This document shows positions 59,280-64,000 of a stretch of 64,000 bases of DNA, in pieces; within the stretch, counting starts at the first letter, position 1, and each line of letters starts with the position of its first letter. A program made the translations under genes and the position numbers. This DNA comes from an uncultured Verrucomicrobiae bacterium. GTDB taxonomy: Bacteria > Verrucomicrobiota > Verrucomicrobiia > Limisphaerales > Palsa-1400. Where the stretch lies: NCBI GenBank assembly GCA_963707025.1, contig CAVPOM010000009.1:256001-320000 (forward strand), in the 5' to 3' direction. Under the pieces are notes generated by a model. That model had not been told where the DNA came from, did not search any database, and worked only from the letters and a program-made list of their open reading frames with translations.

Positions 59280-59306
59280 TCTTAATCCTAATCTTGATCT
59301 TAATCT
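59275..59306. repeat. Hexamer tandem repeat (TAATCT)n
   Basis: cttaatcttaatcctaatcttgatcttaatctc at the giant gene stop. Confidence 0.75.
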
Positions 59307-59523
59307 CCCACGCAGCGCACCCCTGCCCTGCGGAATTGGGTCGCGCTGGCCGGGTTCCTCGTTCTCGCGCTGGCCGATCTTGGCCATTGCCCCGTTGGCG
59401 CCGGTCTGGAATCGCCACCGTTGCACTGCCAAGCGGCTTGCGCTTTGAGGTTGCCCGGCGGTGGCAATTGTGATTTACTAATAGCGTTCTATGCAACCGC
59501 GGCGACGACAATCCTTGGCGGAC

Positions 59524-59760
59524 ATGTTCCTAGTTTGGGGATTTGTGCTGTCGTTTTTCGCTTTATTCGGGGCGGCCTGTTTCGAGGCTTACAAGATTGT
59601 CGCGGTTATTCCGGCCGCGTTTGAATCATCCCATGCCTATTGGCGCGCTCCCATGACGGTCGCGGACGACGATTCCCCGCCGAATGCGTATGGCCGCCCG
59701 CGAACGACTGCCAGGCAACGCGCCCAAGACGAGAACCGCGCCCCCGGACAAGACCGATGA
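59524..59760 (+). CDS. Possible small membrane protein
   Basis: One hydrophobic N-terminal helix; no homology recognised. Confidence 0.3.
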   Translation: MFLVWGFVLSFFALFGAACFEAYKIVAVIPAAFESSHAYWRAPMTVADDDSPPNAYGRPRTTARQRAQDENRAPGQDR

Positions 59761-59961
59761 TGATAAAACGGTCAAACTTCAACAATGCCCATGACGCAAC
59801 CGGGGCAACTCTCCATCTTCCGCACAACAGCCGGTGAACAGTTATGGTTCCATCTTCAACCGCCTTGGCGTGCCAGCTTGTCCCACCGTTCAAAAGTTTC
59901 TCAATTCACTATTCCAAATTCACCATTCCCTGTTCCCCTCTCTTCATTTGGCATTTTGCAT

Positions 59962-60552
59962 TTATAATTTTGCATTCCCCGTCCCACCCGCCAGCAGCAG
60001 GCGCACGTCCACCGCTTCCATTCCGGCGGCGCGGATGGCGGCCAGGCCCAGATCGGTGTCCTCGTAGGCCCGGCAATTTTCCGGCGCGACTCCCAGGCGG
60101 CGCGCCGCTTCCAGATAAATGTCGGGCGCCGGTTTTTGGCGGGCCACGTCTTCGCTCACCACGACGGCCTGGAACAGATGCTCGATGCCCAAATGATGGA
60201 GCATTTGCGTGACGATGCGGCGGGTCCCGCCCGAGGCCACCGCCATGGGCAGTTGGCCGCTGTGGTCGCGCGCAATACTCGCGATCCGCTCCACGGCGCG
60301 GACTTGCGGGATCAGTTGTTCAAAAGTCAGTTCCTTCTCCTTGGCCACCGCCGCGTAGTCCATCGGCCGGCCCTGCTCGGCGCCGAGCATTTTCACAATG
60401 TCCCGGGCCGGCACCCCGCCCAGCGAGTAAAAGCGGCCCTCGGCGAATTGGAGGCCATGAGCCTCCGTCACCTGCTTCCAGGCGCGCCAGTGCAGAGGCA
60501 TGCTGTCGGCCAGCGTGCCGTCGCAGTCGAAGATCAGTGCTTGCAGGGGCAT
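59962..60552 (-). CDS. HAD-family phosphatase (beta-PGM/YqaB-like)
   Basis: IFDCDGTLADSM, VASGG, KPAPDIY, YEDT..G..A. Confidence 0.93.
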   Translation of the reverse strand: MPLQALIFDCDGTLADSMPLHWRAWKQVTEAHGLQFAEGRFYSLGGVPARDIVKMLGAEQGRPMDYAAVAKEKELTFEQLIPQVRAVERIASIARDHSGQLPMAVASGGTRRIVTQMLHHLGIEHLFQAVVVSEDVARQKPAPDIYLEAARRLGVAPENCRAYEDTDLGLAAIRAAGMEAVDVRLLLAGGTGNAKL

Positions 60553-60558
60553 GAGAGG

Positions 60559-61645
60559 CTAAAGGGCCAGGGCGGCCAGCCGTTGTTCCAGGTCATGGGC
60601 CATCAGCGGCTCGATCAGCGGGTCGAGGTCGCCTTCAATAAAAACCGATAAATTGTAGAGCGTCAGTTCGATGCGATGGTCGGTGACGCGGTTTTGCGGA
60701 AAATTGTAGGTGCGGATGCGCTCGTTGCGCTCGCCGGTGCCGACCTGGTCTTTGCGGTGGGCGGCGTATTTGGCGTTTTCCTCGGCCACTTTGCGCTCCA
60801 GCAGGCGCGAGCGCAGGACGGTCAGGGCCGTGGCCTTGTTCTTTTGCTGCGAGCGTTCGTCGGCGCAGCGCACGATCAGGCCGGTCGGCTTGTGGATGAT
60901 TTGCACCGCCGAATCGGTAGTATTGACGCCCTGGCCGCCCTTGCCGGAGGCGCGGCAGACGTTGATTTCCAAGTCCTCAGGCTTGATTTCCAGGTCCACC
61001 TCCTGCGCCTCCGGCAGCACGGCCACGGTGCCGTGCTGGTGTGGATGCGCCCCTGCGCCTCGGTCGCCGGCACGCGCTGGACGCGATGCACGCCGCTCTC
61101 GTATTTGAGCCGCTTGAAAACATCCTGTGCCGGTGATCTGGAAAATGATTTCCTTGAAGCCGCCGAGGTCGGACGGGCTGGAATCCAGTGTTCTCCACCT
61201 TCCAGCCGCGCGCTTCCGCATAGCGCGTGATACATGCGGTAGAGATCGGCCGCGAACAGGGCCGATTCCGATCCGCCCGCCCCGGCGCGGATTTCGATGA
61301 TGGTGTTGCGCGAATCCGCCGGGTCCGGCGGCGCCAGGCCCTGCATGGATTTTCCGCGCCAGGACTTTTTCCTCGGCCTCGAGCTGGGCGATTTCTTCCT
61401 TGGCCATCTGCGCCAGCTCGGACTTCGCCCGGCTCGGTTTGGAGCATGGCGCGCGTTCTCCGCCAAGTCGGCCAGCGTCTTGAGATAGCGCTGGCCGCCG
61501 CCGGTCAAATCCTTGAGCCGGGCGTATTCGCGGGCCAATTCCTGCGCGCGTTGCTGGATTGTCGAACAGCCTTGGGGTCGCTCAACGCGGTCTCCACCTC
61601 GGCCAAGCGGCGGGCGAATTTTTCGATGTGAGGGCGCAAATCCAT
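60559..61645 (-). CDS. prfA: Peptide chain release factor 1 (several frameshifts)
   Basis: [24 protein letters not shown] (PAT motif), [33 protein letters not shown] spread over three frames. Confidence 0.93.
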
Positions 61646-61763
61646 GGGCAAAAAAGATGGGGTTTCGCGTGAAGCCAGAGGGGCGCGGCCCGCAAAAGCA
61701 GCCGCCCGCAAAAGTTGCGGCTCCTGCGGGCGGTCGGGCGGAAAGGGGCTACTTTCTCTTTCG

Positions 61764-61996
61764 TTATTTGGCGGCGTGGGCGGCCTGGGCGGCCTGGGTC
61801 TTGGCCATGCGCTGCTGGAATTTGTCCACGCGGCCGGCGGTATCCACGAACTTCTGCTGGCCGGTGTAGAAGGGATGGCAGAGCGTTGCAGATGCCGACG
61901 ATAATCGTGCGGCTTGGTGGAACGCGTCTTGATCACGTTGCCGCACGCGCAACGGATTTCCGCTTCCACATATTTCGGATGAATCTCGGTCTTCAT
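61764..61996 (-). CDS. rpmE: 50S ribosomal protein L31 (frameshifted)
   Basis: [18 protein letters not shown] then [21 protein letters not shown] in another frame. Confidence 0.93.
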
Positions 61997-62126
61997 AAAT
62001 CAAGGCCCGACAAAATACCCGCCCCGGCCCGGTCTTCAAGCCCTATTTTCATCAATTTTTGCGCGCTCCTCCGCCCGCCGGCGGAAAAAATGTCTGCTTT
62101 TGCTTTCCGCGCACATAGATAGTCAA

Positions 62127-63665
62127 ATGGCGGAGATGGATGACTTTGATTTGCTGGCGGCATACAGCGGCAGCGGTTCGGAAGCCGAAGCCGCCTTCAC
62201 CACGCTGACCGAACGCTGCGTCCGGCTGGTCTATTCCGCCGCCTTGCGCCAGGTCCGTGATCCGCACCTGGCGGAGGAAGCCACGCAGGTGGTGTTTGTG
62301 CTGCTGGCCAGAAAGGCGCATTCCTTTGGCAAGGGCGTCATCCTGTCCGCCTGGCTGCTGCGCGCCACCCGCTTCACTTCCACCAACCTGCTGGTCAGCC
62401 AATACCGCCGCATCCGGCGCGAACACCAAGCCTTGCAAATGCAAACCACATCCACCGGCGATTCTTCCTGGGAACAAATCGCCCCGCTCCTGGACGAAGC
62501 CATGTCCCGTCTGGGCGAAAAAGACCGTAACGCGCTGGCGCTGCGTTTCTTCGAGCAAAAATCGCTCGAAGAAGTCGGAGTGGCGCTGGGCATCGGCACC
62601 GTCACGGCGCAAAAGCGCGTCTGGCGGGCGGTGGACAAGCTGCGTCAATACTTTGCAAATCACGGCGCGGCTTTTTCCGCCGCCACAATCACCACGGCGC
62701 TTTCCGCCCACGCCATTCACGGCGCGCCCTCCGGTCTGGCCGCCGCCGTGGCGGCCAGCGCCGCGCTCAAAGGCACCGCCGCCACCTCATCCACCGCAAC
62801 CCTGCTCAAAGGAACTTTAAAACTTATGGCCTGGACCAAATTAAAAATCGCCGCCGTCGCCGTGGGAGTTCTCCTCGCCGGCGGAACCACCACGATCATG
62901 GTGAAATATCTTTATCCGTTCGAACCAGAATATCAGGGCAAAACTCTAACTTATTGGTTGGCAAGTCTCGGGAACAACCAGTTGCAATTTCTCAACTTGA
63001 GGCCGCAGCCCGACCAGCCCGCCGCCGAGGCTTTTCAATCCATGGGCGTCAAAGCTGTGCCTTTCCTTCGTCGGGAATTGCGTTCCCTGAATTTATCTCG
63101 CCGGAAGCACGCTGCCGATGCGGCCCACGCCATCGGGCCAGCCGCAAAAGAGTTGGAGCCGGATTTGCTTGCGTCGGCCATTACAACCGCCAATTCAAGC
63201 CACGATCCCTACTCTGAAATCTGGTCCCTGGCCGCAATGGGACCGGAAAGCATCGGCCTACTGACCAATATGTTTACCAACCAAAATAGATGGGCGCGCA
63301 TGAGAACAGCCACCGCATTTCAAATGGCAGATTATGATGCTGAACCGGCTGTTCAGGCCCTCCTGCAGGCACTTGAGGATGCAGATCCTGGCGTCCGGTG
63401 TGAAGCGGGCCAGGCCTTGGGGCATGTTCATAAACAATTGGACGTGGTTCTTCCCGCGTTGCTCAAGAACCTTAAGGATCCAGACGCCGACGTGCGGCGG
63501 GCTACTGCGGATACCCTGGGAATGCTAGGGGCGGATGCAAAATCGGCGTTCCCGTTCCTTTTGGATGCCTCTCGCAATGATCCCGACCCAGCCTTCGGCC
63601 CCTGGTGCGCCGGCACCCTTAAAAGAATTGACCCCGAAGCCGCCGCCAAGGCCGGGGTGAAATAG
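62127..63665 (+). CDS. ECF sigma factor with TM and C-terminal HEAT repeats
   Basis: sigma2/sigma4 motifs (AEEATQVVF, LDEAM..L...DR..L.LRFFEQ), 'MAWTKLK' + TM, 'YQGKTL.YW', repeats 'ALL.AL.D.D..VR..A..ALG'. Confidence 0.92.
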   Translation: MAEMDDFDLLAAYSGSGSEAEAAFTTLTERCVRLVYSAALRQVRDPHLAEEATQVVFVLLARKAHSFGKGVILSAWLLRATRFTSTNLLVSQYRRIRREHQALQMQTTSTGDSSWEQIAPLLDEAMSRLGEKDRNALALRFFEQKSLEEVGVALGIGTVTAQKRVWRAVDKLRQYFANHGAAFSAATITTALSAHAIHGAPSGLAAAVAASAALKGTAATSSTATLLKGTLKLMAWTKLKIAAVAVGVLLAGGTTTIMVKYLYPFEPEYQGKTLTYWLASLGNNQLQFLNLRPQPDQPAAEAFQSMGVKAVPFLRRELRSLNLSRRKHAADAAHAIGPAAKELEPDLLASAITTANSSHDPYSEIWSLAAMGPESIGLLTNMFTNQNRWARMRTATAFQMADYDAEPAVQALLQALEDADPGVRCEAGQALGHVHKQLDVVLPALLKNLKDPDADVRRATADTLGMLGADAKSAFPFLLDASRNDPDPAFGPWCAGTLKRIDPEAAAKAGVK

Positions 63666-63729
63666 ACGGCTATGGCCCCCGCCTAAATCCCCTGTCGCCA
63701 AGCGCCGGTTTTTGGATAGACTCGGCGCG

Positions 63730-64000
63730 ATGCAACCAAACTTGGAAGTGCTGTTCACTCCGGCGGAGTTTGACGCGCTGCGAAACCGCGACCTCTCCGA
63801 GACCGTTTGCGTGGTCTTCGATGTCTTGCGCGCCACCACCTCCATGCTGACCGCGCTGCGCCAGGGCGCGACGCAAATTTTTCCTGTCAAGGAGATTGCC
63901 GAGGCGCTGGCCATGCAGCGCAGCCTTGGGCGGAAGGCCCTGCTCGCCGGCGAACGCGGCGGCCTGCGCATCCGCGCGGCCCAATCGGGGGGCGCCGATT
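63730..64000 (+). CDS. comB: 2-phosphosulfolactate phosphatase family protein (3' truncated by window edge)
   Basis: VCVVFDVLRATTSMLTAL..GA..I.P, LLAGERGG. Confidence 0.88.
   Translation, partial: MQPNLEVLFTPAEFDALRNRDLSETVCVVFDVLRATTSMLTALRQGATQIFPVKEIAEALAMQRSLGRKALLAGERGGLRIRAAQSGGAD

Noticed and set aside
60559..61645. Programmed frameshift in the release factor, as in prfB
   Set aside because: The PAT motif identifies RF1, there is no CTTTGA slippery site, and several scattered shifts plus a broken rpmE indicate errors
1..64000. tRNA/rRNA genes, integrase, autonomous transposase, reverse transcriptase/DGR
   Set aside because: No matching motifs or template/variable repeat pairs were recognised

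Overview
High-GC bacterial chromosomal segment, most consistent with a Verrucomicrobiota (Pedosphaerales-like) genome or MAG. This is an inference from the extended ECF sigma factors, the DUF1559-type prepilin, the '..FFRL' C-terminal secreted proteins and the repeat types. Housekeeping genes (tmk, cysS, proA, maf, prfA, rpmE, comB, pilT, PduO-type adenosyltransferase, RNase II-like) are interspersed with glycoside hydrolases (two GH43, one GH92), a TonB-dependent receptor, an NfeD/stomatin pair, ABC permeases, four type II toxin-antitoxin modules (three damaged or frameshifted), a low-GC island (T5orf172/GIY-YIG + DUF2971) and many small non-coding repeats (MITEs, GTAG-REPs, microsatellites, 10-bp-phased arrays). 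The most striking locus is 47934-59279: an ECF sigma factor, then a 1343-aa anti-sigma-like protein that appears to fuse a pilin-like TM helix, secretin N-domain/C-motif fragments and a YfbK-type vWA domain, then a ~2150-aa internally duplicated lipoprotein/membrane protein. A second ECF (4636-6030) also carries a pilin-like C-terminal domain. Dense frameshifts at ~53.9-62 kb, including in prfA and rpmE, point to sequencing indels. No rRNA, tRNA or CRISPR array was seen.
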